Notes under the pieces: generated by a model
The model's database searches: none
What the model was told of the DNA's origin: nothing
What the model saw: the letters and a program-made list of their open reading frames with translations, nothing else
Source: Gammaproteobacteria bacterium
GTDB lineage: Bacteria; Pseudomonadota; Gammaproteobacteria; Natronospirales; REEB76
Assembly: GCA_036502565.1 (NCBI GenBank)
Contig: DASXYJ010000312.1
Coordinates: 1 to 35,747 of the forward strand
Reading direction: 5' to 3'
Length of the DNA: 35,747 bases
Part shown: piece after piece, positions 23,805 to 32,691 of the stretch
Layout of the letters: every line of letters starts with the position of its first letter
Numbering within the stretch: the first letter of the stretch is position 1
Program-made: the position numbers and the translations under genes

Positions 23805-26588
23805 ATGTCCAAGTCATTCGGTCTGCGCCGGGTCCTCGCCGGACTCGTCCTGCTCTGCGGCCTCGTCGCCGGCGGCGACGCCTGGGCGGTCACCAACTGC
23901 AGGGTGACAGGCGCGGTCAACGTCACGCTCTCGCCTTGTCCTTACAGCAAGACCTTCAAGTTCGGCACCTCGAGCCCCGTGACCTTCAACGTGGCCATGA
24001 CCGGCATCCCGGACACCGAACGCTACTTCGTCGCGATCGGGGGCTCGCAGCCCATCATCCAGCCCAACACCTTCTCGCTCAGCGGCACCTTCAATAACTT
24101 CCAGATCCACTTCGAGACCTACGACAAGATCCCCTCGGGCAAGCAGTCCAGCGTGCTTAACGTGTTCCTGTGCCGGGACAGCGCCTGCAAGAACCTGCTG
24201 GCGGAAGTAGGGCTGCCCTATACCTTCGACGTGGTGGTGCCACCCGCCATCTCAGGCCTCTCGCCCAGTTCCGCCACCATCGGCGGCTCAGCGTTCACGC
24301 TCAAGGTCAACGGCGGCGGCTTCACGCGCGACTGCAAGATCCATCTCGGCAGCAGTGTGCTCACCACCACTTATGTATCCGTCAAGCAGCTCACCGCGAG
24401 TGTGAACCTTGGCAGCGTCACCAAGGGCCAGACTTACAACGTCACCGTGGTGCCGTCCACCAACATCGGTTCCAACGTGGAACATTTCACGCTCAAGAAC
24501 CCGCTGCCGGTCATCACCAAGTTGTCGCCGCGTTCAGGCACGGTTGGCGTGGCGCCTTTCACGCTGGCGGTCACCGGCAAGGGCTTCATCAGCGGCTCCG
24601 TGATCAAGCTGGACGGCACCACGCTCAGCACCAAATACATCTCCCCGACCAAATTGACCGCGACGGTCGATCTGTCCGCAGTCACGGCGGGAAGTGGTTA
24701 TACGGTGACAGTGTCTTCACCCGCTCCCGGAGGTGGAGTATCCGGTCAAGTGAGCTTCGCCTTGAACAACGCCGCTCCCGTGATCACGGGTATCTCACCG
24801 AATCAGAGCAGCATGTCGATATTCCCGAAGGTGGTGACCGTCACGGGGAGTGGTTTCCAGCATAACTCACAGATCCAATGGAACGGCGTCAACCAGTCCA
24901 CGGGCTATATATCTTCAACCCAACTGACAGTGCAGTCGCCGTTCGCCGCGCTGACCACTGCAAATCTGGACACATTGACCGTGACCACCCCGAGCCCCGG
25001 TGGCGGCGTCTCCAATACAGCCACCCTGGAGGTCGATGCCCCGGCGCCGACCCTCGCGTGGGTGTCGCCGGGACGGATATACACCGGGAGCGGCGATGTG
25101 ACCGTCACCGTCAAGGGCGGGTTCCTGAACACCAGCTATCTGGCGTGGAACGGTACGCCCCTCACCAATTTGATCCCGAACTCGCTCTATTACCTGAAGG
25201 GTACGTTTCTACAGGCGACCATTCCCGCGGCTGACTTGACCATGGCCGGCTCCAGCGTCTTGACCGCCGTCACGCCCGGGCCTGGCGGAGGCAGCATCGA
25301 TGTCACGCTGAATATCGTCCAGCATCCGCCGCAGATCACTGGACTCAGTCCGGGTTTCGCGCTGCCCGGCGGGACTGATTTCACCCTGACCCTGGATGGC
25401 ATGGACTTCGATTCCGGTGCCCAGGTGTTCTGGAACGGCGACCAACTTACCATCACCCAGATATCGTCCAGCCAGATCCAGGTGACGGTGCCCGCGGCCG
25501 AGATCGCGTCCGCCGGTGTGGCGAGCATAACCGTCGTGAATCCGGCGGCATCCGGGGGCGTATCGGCAATGGCGACACTCGCGATCGATGCCAGTGGCAC
25601 CGCCGTGGTGGCCCTTGCCCAGCCGTTGAACGACATCGAGTGGGATCCGGCCAAGTCCATCTTCTATGGCGCAGTGTCTGCCTCGGCTTCCAGCGACCCG
25701 CACTCGATCATCAGTATCGACCCCGCCGCTGCGGTGGCAACCGATTCCGTCGATACCACGGACGAACCGATCCTGCTCTCGCTGTCAGGGGACGATACCT
25801 TCCTCTATGCCGGATTCACCAGCCTCTCTGGAGGAAACAGCAGTTACCGGCGCTATTCGCTCCCGTCATTCAGCCAGGATTGGAGTCTATCTTTGCCGAT
25901 ACTGAGCAACGGCCATCCCGAATATCTCAAGGCTCTGCAGGTATCACCCACCTTCTCTCGCCTCTACGCATTCGTAGTCGGAGAAGTCGGTTTTACCACG
26001 TCTAATTCCGGCGTCTCTGTCACGCTCGACGGATATGACACATGGCCCGGTTTTGCCGGCGAACCCTGGGATACTTTGGCCTGGAGCCCAGACGGCACGT
26101 ATCTCTACGGCGGCGATTCAGAGACCAGCACCGCGTCTTTCATGGTTGATGGCTACAGCGATGGTTTCTACCCTGGAGGCGGTACTACAGGGATCAATCC
26201 GATCGTCCATAACGTATGGTCGGGCAGTCGCATGCATGTGGACGCGGCCTCGGGTTTGGTCTACGCGGACAATAGCGCCGCCGTGATCGTGCCCACGACC
26301 GGACAGGCCACGGCCACACTACCGGTTTCCGGTGTGATGGTGCCGGACTCGTCGCTCGGCTGCGCCTACTTGATCACCCAGACCCAGGCCCAGATCGACG
26401 CGGCTGCCGGCGATTGGACGCTGTCGTGCTATAGCACAGCGGATTACACCAGCGTGACGCGCTCCATGGTGATCCCGGGGGTCAACGGCACGCCAACCAA
26501 GATGCTGCGCTGGGGCAACGAAGGCCTGGCCATCCAGACCACCACTTCCATCTATTTCATCTCCGGCCAGATCGTCACCGGGAACTGA
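23805..26588 (+). CDS. Secreted IPT/TIG-repeat protein, paralog 1 (927 aa)
   Basis: Sec signal MSKSFGLRRVLAGLVLLCGLVAGGDAWA, then a 4-Cys N-module, five ~88-aa IPT/TIG-like modules and a ~331-aa C-domain ending LRWGNEGLA...ISGQIVTGN. Confidence 0.85.
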   Translation: MSKSFGLRRVLAGLVLLCGLVAGGDAWAVTNCRVTGAVNVTLSPCPYSKTFKFGTSSPVTFNVAMTGIPDTERYFVAIGGSQPIIQPNTFSLSGTFNNFQIHFETYDKIPSGKQSSVLNVFLCRDSACKNLLAEVGLPYTFDVVVPPAISGLSPSSATIGGSAFTLKVNGGGFTRDCKIHLGSSVLTTTYVSVKQLTASVNLGSVTKGQTYNVTVVPSTNIGSNVEHFTLKNPLPVITKLSPRSGTVGVAPFTLAVTGKGFISGSVIKLDGTTLSTKYISPTKLTATVDLSAVTAGSGYTVTVSSPAPGGGVSGQVSFALNNAAPVITGISPNQSSMSIFPKVVTVTGSGFQHNSQIQWNGVNQSTGYISSTQLTVQSPFAALTTANLDTLTVTTPSPGGGVSNTATLEVDAPAPTLAWVSPGRIYTGSGDVTVTVKGGFLNTSYLAWNGTPLTNLIPNSLYYLKGTFLQATIPAADLTMAGSSVLTAVTPGPGGGSIDVTLNIVQHPPQITGLSPGFALPGGTDFTLTLDGMDFDSGAQVFWNGDQLTITQISSSQIQVTVPAAEIASAGVASITVVNPAASGGVSAMATLAIDASGTAVVALAQPLNDIEWDPAKSIFYGAVSASASSDPHSIISIDPAAAVATDSVDTTDEPILLSLSGDDTFLYAGFTSLSGGNSSYRRYSLPSFSQDWSLSLPILSNGHPEYLKALQVSPTFSRLYAFVVGEVGFTTSNSGVSVTLDGYDTWPGFAGEPWDTLAWSPDGTYLYGGDSETSTASFMVDGYSDGFYPGGGTTGINPIVHNVWSGSRMHVDAASGLVYADNSAAVIVPTTGQATATLPVSGVMVPDSSLGCAYLITQTQAQIDAAAGDWTLSCYSTADYTSVTRSMVIPGVNGTPTKMLRWGNEGLAIQTTTSIYFISGQIVTGN
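24240..25592 (+). repeat. Five tandem IPT/TIG-like modules inside paralog 1 (protein-level repeat)
   Basis: Each module starts P-x-[IL]-[ST]-x-[LIV]-SP, carries FTL.V.G.GF, then L.[AT].[VL], and modules 2-5 end P.PGGG[VI]S (GGS/SGG variants; module 1 lacks it). Five were counted by eye. Confidence 0.7.
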
Positions 26589-26615
26589 CCCCGGCTCTGC
26601 CACAAGGGACACAGG

Positions 26616-29336
26616 ATGTTATCTCTGCGCCGCCTCCTCGCGGGTCTCCTGCTGCTCTGCGGCTTGTGCCTGGGCGGCCAGGCCTGGGGCGCTGCACCGG
26701 CCTGCAAGGCACAGGGCGCAGTCAACATCTCGCTCTCGCCCTGTCCGCTGGCCGTGACCTTCAAGGTCGGTACCGACGAGCCGGTGGCGGTGCACGTCGT
26801 CCTGTCAGGCAATGTGCCCAGCAACTTCTTCGTGTTGCTCAGCCAGTCCGTTCCCGTGATCGAACCCGGCAGCTACCATCTGTCGGGCACCCCGGGCAAA
26901 TTCCAGATCCTGTTCTCCAGCTCCCGCCAGATCAGCGCGGGCAAGCATCCCGTCGAATTGGACGTGAAGATCTGCGCCGACTCGGCCTGCGCCCAGGTGT
27001 TGGTGGATGTGGGCCTGCCTGCCGTCTTCGACGCCGTGGTGCCGCCGCGCATCTCGAGCCTCACACCTGCCTCCGCCAAGGTGGGCGGGACGAGCTTCAC
27101 CCTGCGGGTGAACGGCGCCGGTTTCAGCAGGGACTGCAAGATCCGCTTGGGCAGCACCGTGCTGGCCACCACGTTCAAGTCCGCGAGCCAGCTCGCCGCC
27201 AGGCTCAATCCCAGCAGCCACAACAAGGGGCAGTCTTACAGCGTCAGCGTGATGCCGGCTACCGGCTTCGTCTCCAACGTGGTGCAATTCACTTTCAAGA
27301 ACCCGCTGCCGGCCATCACCGCCATCAGCCCTGTCGAGCTGCCGGCCGGCACCACGGACTTCGCGCTGACGGTCACCGGCACCGGCTTCACCACTGCCTC
27401 CAAGATCAACGTGAATGGCTTTCCGTTCCCCACCAAGTTCGTCTCCAGCACGAAACTGACGACGGGCGCCGCGAGCCTCACCAACGGCGCTGGCGGTCAC
27501 AGCTATCCGGTGGCCGTATACAGCGACGGTCCGGGTGGCGGTCCGTCCAATAGCGAGGACATCACCCTCGACAACATGGCGCCGGTGATCACCGGCATCA
27601 GCCCCAGCTCGACCTTGCTCCAGAACACCAGCAACATCACGGTCAGTGGTAGCGGCTTCGAGCCCAATTCCGTCATCGTGCTCGGGGGCACCCCGCTGCA
27701 GCCCTTTGTCGCCACCAGCACGTCGCTGACGGCCGAAGTGCCGGGCGCGCTGTTGCAGTCACCGGCATTCCTGTCGGTGGCCGTATCCACGCCGGCACCC
27801 GGTGGCGGGATCGCCACCGGACCGGATTTCACCGTCGAGGCGCCGGCGCCGATCCTGTCCTGGGTGTCGCCCGGCAAGTTCCACGTGGGCGACGGCGACC
27901 AGGTCCTGACGGTGCGGATCGATGTGGCCCGGTCCAACACGGTCGTGGAGTGGAACGGCACGCCCTTGACCCTGAGCCGTGCTTCCGCGACCGGCAACCT
28001 GATGCAGTTCCTCCTGCCGAGTGCGGATCTCGCTAGCGCCGGCACCGCGACCGTCAAGGCCCTGACGCCGGCGCCGGGCGGCGGCAGCGTATCCCTGCCG
28101 GTGAGCGTGAGCCTGCCTCCGCCGCAGATCGTCTCCCTCAGCCCCGGCTTTACCGCCGCGGGAAGCGGTGACTTCACCCTGGTGCTGTATGGCGTGGATT
28201 TCGATGCCGGCGCGGTCGTGTATTGGGACGGCGTGGCACTGGCCACGACCTACGTATCCGGTTCCGAACTGCATGCCGCGGTGCCGGCGGCGGATATCGC
28301 CGATGCCGGCGTGGCAGCGGTGACGGTGGTGAACCCCGCCGCCGCAGGCGGCACTTCGCTACCGGCGAGCTTCGCCGTGGACGCCAGCGGCAGCGCCGTG
28401 GTGCCGCTGGCCCAGAAGCTCAACGACATGGACTGGGATGCCACCCGCGCCGTGCTGTATGGCTCCATACCTTCCAGCGATGCGGTCCACCCTCATGCCA
28501 TGGCCGCCATCGATCCCATCGCGGCGAGCATCGTCCGCGCCGCGAGCGTCGGCAGCAGTGGCCAGGACCCCAATCTGGTGTCCGTGAGCGCCGACGGCAG
28601 CTTCGTCTATTTCAACGTCAACGGCTCCATCGAACGCTACACGCTGCCGAACCTCACCCTCAGCCAGGGCTTCACGCCCGGCGCCCTGATCACCTCGCTG
28701 AAGGCCTCGCCGCTCTATTCGCATGTGGCCGCGGCAAGTGTGGTGTTCCTCGGGGATCCCTTGCCAGGAGCACCATACGTCGAGATGGACGGCTCCTCCC
28801 TGCACGTCAACTTCGTGTTCGAGGAATGGGACACCATGAGCTGGAGCACGGATGGTGCCAAGCTCTACGCCGGTGACAACTTCAATCATGCCCCGGGCCT
28901 GGACATCATGAACTTCGACCTGTTGGCGGCCACCCAGACTCCCACCCAGCACGTCGCTCCCTGGGCCGGCACCCGCCTGGATCTGGATGCGGGCTCGGGT
29001 CTCATCTACGCCGACGACAGCACGCGGGTGATCGATCCCTCGACGCTGCACTTCACCACGGCGGTCTATCCGCTCTCCGGCGTGATGACTCCGGATTCGA
29101 CCCTGGGCTGTGCCTATTTCATCGCTCAGACCGCGACACAGGTGACGACGGGGACCAACGACTACACGTTGTCCTGCTATAGCACGGCGGACCAGACGCA
29201 AACCCGCTCCCTGGTGATCCCGGCGGTCAACGGCAAGCCAACCAAGATGCTACGCTGGGGCAACGAAGGCCTGGTGTTCATCACCGATGCGGGCTATATC
29301 TACTTCGTATCGGGGCAGGTAGTGACGGGGAATTGA
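26616..29336 (+). CDS. Secreted IPT/TIG-repeat protein, paralog 2 (906 aa)
   Basis: Signal MLSLRRLLAGLLLLCGLCLGGQAWG. It has the same architecture and anchor motifs as paralog 1 and starts 27 nt after its stop. Confidence 0.85.
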   Translation: MLSLRRLLAGLLLLCGLCLGGQAWGAAPACKAQGAVNISLSPCPLAVTFKVGTDEPVAVHVVLSGNVPSNFFVLLSQSVPVIEPGSYHLSGTPGKFQILFSSSRQISAGKHPVELDVKICADSACAQVLVDVGLPAVFDAVVPPRISSLTPASAKVGGTSFTLRVNGAGFSRDCKIRLGSTVLATTFKSASQLAARLNPSSHNKGQSYSVSVMPATGFVSNVVQFTFKNPLPAITAISPVELPAGTTDFALTVTGTGFTTASKINVNGFPFPTKFVSSTKLTTGAASLTNGAGGHSYPVAVYSDGPGGGPSNSEDITLDNMAPVITGISPSSTLLQNTSNITVSGSGFEPNSVIVLGGTPLQPFVATSTSLTAEVPGALLQSPAFLSVAVSTPAPGGGIATGPDFTVEAPAPILSWVSPGKFHVGDGDQVLTVRIDVARSNTVVEWNGTPLTLSRASATGNLMQFLLPSADLASAGTATVKALTPAPGGGSVSLPVSVSLPPPQIVSLSPGFTAAGSGDFTLVLYGVDFDAGAVVYWDGVALATTYVSGSELHAAVPAADIADAGVAAVTVVNPAAAGGTSLPASFAVDASGSAVVPLAQKLNDMDWDATRAVLYGSIPSSDAVHPHAMAAIDPIAASIVRAASVGSSGQDPNLVSVSADGSFVYFNVNGSIERYTLPNLTLSQGFTPGALITSLKASPLYSHVAAASVVFLGDPLPGAPYVEMDGSSLHVNFVFEEWDTMSWSTDGAKLYAGDNFNHAPGLDIMNFDLLAATQTPTQHVAPWAGTRLDLDAGSGLIYADDSTRVIDPSTLHFTTAVYPLSGVMTPDSTLGCAYFIAQTATQVTTGTNDYTLSCYSTADQTQTRSLVIPAVNGKPTKMLRWGNEGLVFITDAGYIYFVSGQVVTGN
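27042..28385 (+). repeat. Five tandem IPT/TIG-like modules inside paralog 2
   Basis: Same module signature, for example PPRISSLTPASAKVGGTSFTLRVNGAGF and PPPQIVSLSPGFTAAGSGDFTLVLYGVDF. Confidence 0.7.
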
Positions 29337-29386
29337 AGCTCAGACCGGCGCCCGTGATCTGCCGGCCACAGAACTGAGGGGGATGG

Positions 29387-32119
29387 ATGGATAGGATCGA
29401 ACGACTGCTCGCGGCAGCAGCAGTCTTGCTGTCTTGCATGCTGGTCCCGGGAATCGCCGCGGCCGCAGATTGCAGTGCCTCGGGCACCTTGTCCATCAAG
29501 CTGGCACCTTGTCCGCTGAGCAAGCAGCTCAAGGGTGGTGCGGGCACGCCGCTCGCAGTCAATGCCAGCGTCGCCGTCAACGCTTCCATCTCGGGCGGCA
29601 TCGCCATCGTGATCGGAGACTCCGCTCACGTCCTGGACAGCAGCACCCTCTCGCTCATCCAGACCGGACCTACGACCTTCACGCTGCGGTTCGATTCCAA
29701 CCCGAGTCTCGTGGTAGGCACCCATACGGGACGCATCACCATCAAGGTCTGCAGCGATACGAGCTGCCGGACCACCTATGTGTCGGTGGACCTGCCATAC
29801 ACCCTCACCGTCGTCTCTCCCCCGAAGCTCAGCAAGCTCACGCCGGCGTCGGCCACGGCCGAAGGTGCGAAGTTCACCCTGAAGGTGTCGGGTTCCAGCT
29901 TCAAGGCCGGCGACCGGATACGCTTCGGCTCCACGTACCTGGCCACGACCATCAACTCCGGCACGCTGCTGTCCGCGGTGGTGGATGCCCCGGGGATGCG
30001 GGCAGGCAAGACGGTGGAGATCAGCGTGGTCGACACTGCTGGTTTCCAGTCGAATTCGCTGGCATTCAGCCTCAAGAACCCGATCCCCACGCTGACGAGC
30101 GTCAGCCCGGCCAGCGGCAAACTCGGAGCCGCGCCGTTCACCCTCACAGCGCGTGGCAGCAAGTTCACCACCACCTCGGTCCTCATGATGGACGGCGTGG
30201 CGCTCGCGACCGAGTTCGTGTCACCCCACGAGCTGACTGCGAGGGTCAACCTGTCGTCCGCCACTGCAGGCGCACTGCGCGACATCACGGTGCATACGCC
30301 TACTCCGGCTGGCGGCACGTCGGGCGCCCAGGTCTTCGAGGTCGATAACCTTGCCCCCAGCGTCAGCGGGCTCTCCCCGAGCTCCGTGACAGCAGGCAGC
30401 GGAGGCTTCACCCTCAAGATACTCGGCACCCAGTTCGAGGCTGGATCCGTGATCACAGTGGGCGGGGCTTCGCTCACACCGGGCGCCGTATCCGCCCAGG
30501 AGCTCGACGTGTCGGTACCCGCCAGCATGATCCAGGCCGGTTCCGATCTTCCCGTGGTCGTCACCACGGCCGCACCCGGTGGCGGTGTGTCCAGCCCGGT
30601 GCAGTTGGTGGTGAGTAACCCCGCGCCCACCGTAACCTTGATGTCGCCTCTGCATGCAGAAGCCGGTGGGGGTGACATGAGGATCATGGTGGAGGGGAGC
30701 AACTTCAATTCCAGCACGATGCTGGAGTGGGATGGCACGCCCCTGCAGACGCTGTCGCAGACTTCCACGCTGCTGACAGCGATGCTGCCGGCGGCCGACC
30801 TGGCAACTCCCGGCACCGGGACGCTGGCCCTGGTGGCGCCGGCTCCGGGCGGTGGTGAGGTAGACAAGTCCTTCAGCGTCAGTATCCAGCGTCCCGCCAT
30901 ATCCTCGCTCAGCCCGGGATCCGCAGTGCCGGGAGCCAGCGACTTCACCCTGACGGTGCAGGGCAGCCATTTCGATCCCGCTGCGACCGTGTATTGGGAT
31001 GGCAATGCCCTGAGCACAAGCTTCGTATCCGACACCGAACTGCAGGCGGATGTGCCCGCGGCAGACGTGGCCAGCGCCGAGGTTGCCACGGTGGACGTGC
31101 TCAACCCGCCGGAGACCGGTGGAGTATCAAGGCATGCCACCTTCGCCGTCGCGACGGGTGGTACGGCCGTGATGGAGCTCTCCCAGGGACTGGACGACAT
31201 CGCCTGGGATCCGCTGAACTTCACACTCTATGGCGCCGACACCGCGACTGCCGTCACGGACCCGCATTCCATCGTGGCGATAGATCCCGTGACACTGGCG
31301 ATCCAGGATGCGGTGGATACCACGGAGAGCCCCACCCACCTTTCCGTCTCGAACGGCAGCGAGTTCCTGTATGCCGGCTTCAACGGCACTGGCAGCGGTG
31401 GCTCCATCCATCGCTTCACCTTGCCTGCGCTCACCGACGATCTCAGCGCGCCACTGGGGACGAACTTCCTGGGTGCGATCGTGCCCGGAGCCCTGGAAGC
31501 CTCGCCGGTGTATCCCCACGTCTTCGCGACGACCTTCAACGACACCTGCTGTTCTCCCAGGAACCAGGGCGTCGGTGTCTACCTCGACGGCGTCTCTCAC
31601 CCCGTGCTTACCGCCAGCATCTGGGATGCGCTGGCCTGGAGCATGGACGGCACCAAGCTCTACGGCGGTGACAACGAGAGCACGGCGGCATCTTTCATGC
31701 AGGTCCCGGTCATCGTCACGCAATCGGGGAAGGAGCAGACCACGGAATCCATATGGATCGGGCCGCGGATGCATGTGGACGCCGGGACCGGGCTCGTATA
31801 TGGAGACTCGACCTTCAACATCATCGATCCGACCAGCTCGACTGTCACGGGCACCTTCCCCTTCCCCGCGCGGGGGGCCATGATCCCGGACTCTTCATTG
31901 GGCTGTGCGTACATCCTCTATCGGGCGAACCAGAGTGGCTTCAACTACACGTTGAGCTGCTACGACTTGGCCAGCCAGACCCTGGTCCGTTCGCTGGCCT
32001 TGTCGGGTCTGAATGGTGCCCCGGTCAAGGTGGTGCGCTGGGGTAACGAGGGCCTCGCGTTCTATACCGATGCGGGCGCTCTGTATGTCATCTCCGGCAA
32101 GATCGTCACCGGAAATTGA
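29387..32119 (+). CDS. Secreted IPT/TIG-repeat protein, paralog 3 (910 aa)
   Basis: Signal MDRIERLLAAAAVLLSCMLVPGIAAA, with gaggggg upstream. It has the same architecture, is the most diverged of the three, and starts 50 nt after paralog 2. Confidence 0.85.
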   Translation: MDRIERLLAAAAVLLSCMLVPGIAAAADCSASGTLSIKLAPCPLSKQLKGGAGTPLAVNASVAVNASISGGIAIVIGDSAHVLDSSTLSLIQTGPTTFTLRFDSNPSLVVGTHTGRITIKVCSDTSCRTTYVSVDLPYTLTVVSPPKLSKLTPASATAEGAKFTLKVSGSSFKAGDRIRFGSTYLATTINSGTLLSAVVDAPGMRAGKTVEISVVDTAGFQSNSLAFSLKNPIPTLTSVSPASGKLGAAPFTLTARGSKFTTTSVLMMDGVALATEFVSPHELTARVNLSSATAGALRDITVHTPTPAGGTSGAQVFEVDNLAPSVSGLSPSSVTAGSGGFTLKILGTQFEAGSVITVGGASLTPGAVSAQELDVSVPASMIQAGSDLPVVVTTAAPGGGVSSPVQLVVSNPAPTVTLMSPLHAEAGGGDMRIMVEGSNFNSSTMLEWDGTPLQTLSQTSTLLTAMLPAADLATPGTGTLALVAPAPGGGEVDKSFSVSIQRPAISSLSPGSAVPGASDFTLTVQGSHFDPAATVYWDGNALSTSFVSDTELQADVPAADVASAEVATVDVLNPPETGGVSRHATFAVATGGTAVMELSQGLDDIAWDPLNFTLYGADTATAVTDPHSIVAIDPVTLAIQDAVDTTESPTHLSVSNGSEFLYAGFNGTGSGGSIHRFTLPALTDDLSAPLGTNFLGAIVPGALEASPVYPHVFATTFNDTCCSPRNQGVGVYLDGVSHPVLTASIWDALAWSMDGTKLYGGDNESTAASFMQVPVIVTQSGKEQTTESIWIGPRMHVDAGTGLVYGDSTFNIIDPTSSTVTGTFPFPARGAMIPDSSLGCAYILYRANQSGFNYTLSCYDLASQTLVRSLALSGLNGAPVKVVRWGNEGLAFYTDAGALYVISGKIVTGN
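29819..31153 (+). repeat. Five tandem IPT/TIG-like modules inside paralog 3
   Basis: Examples are PPKLSKLTPASATAEGAKFTLKVSGSSF and RPAISSLSPGSAVPGASDFTLTVQGSHF. Confidence 0.7.
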
Positions 32120-32137
32120 TTGAGAAGAAGGTTAGAT

Positions 32138-32174
32138 GAAGAGAAGGCCGGCATCTAGCCGGCCTTCTCTTTTC
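32138..32174. terminator. Strong bidirectional rho-independent terminator after the three-paralog array
   Basis: agagaaggccggc/atcta/gccggccttctct is a 13-bp stem followed by tttc. It sits between the convergent genes 29387-32119 (+) and 32191-32661 (-). Confidence 0.85.
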
Positions 32175-32190
32175 TGATGCAGCGTGGCTC

Positions 32191-32661
32191 TTACATCGCC
32201 GCCGCTTCGTGATCCATGCGGAAGAGGGGCAGACCATCCGGCATCCAGCGGCGGTCGTCCTGCATCAGGTCATGCAACCACTCGGCGCGCTTGGCGATGT
32301 CGCCTTCCATGGCCTTCCAGTCCACCTTGGCATCGCCCACCTGGGGTGCGCTGCTGTTGCCTTGCCCCAGGCGCGTCGCTTCCAGCTGCCACTTGAGGGC
32401 GAAGTAGCGGGCCGCCTCGCGCACGGTGCGGGCGGCGCCGGCTTCCGCGTGGTCGGTGGGCACCACGCCGGTGATGACCCAGTATTTCGGCGAGACGCCG
32501 TGCTTGGGCCACACCCGGCCCAGCATGGCGCGGTGCGGGATGATCCACAGCCATTCGCCGGTGATGTCGGAGTCGAAGATCTGCTGCTTGCGCAGGTAGT
32601 CGGCCACCTGCTGCTGCTGGGCCTGATGCCACTGGGCGAAGGCTGCTTCATCGAAAGCCAT
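32191..32661 (-). CDS. DUF4826-like small cytoplasmic protein (156 aa)
   Basis: MAFDEAAFAQWHQAQQQQVADYLRKQQIF...WVITGVVPTDH. The family is recalled from memory only. It lies 30 nt downstream of zapE on the same strand. Confidence 0.6.
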   Translation of the reverse strand: MAFDEAAFAQWHQAQQQQVADYLRKQQIFDSDITGEWLWIIPHRAMLGRVWPKHGVSPKYWVITGVVPTDHAEAGAARTVREAARYFALKWQLEATRLGQGNSSAPQVGDAKVDWKAMEGDIAKRAEWLHDLMQDDRRWMPDGLPLFRMDHEAAAM

Positions 32662-32691
32662 GGAATATCCCTCTGAATCGGAACGCGAATT

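Noticed and set aside
24288-31774. Numerous antisense or off-frame ORFs inside the three-paralog array (for example 27503-28246 -, 28359-29201 -, 29776-31224 -, 26666-27553 +, 29434-30348 +)
   Set aside because: None is conserved between the three paralogous copies in the way the main frame is. Their compositions are Arg/Gly/Pro-rich shadows.
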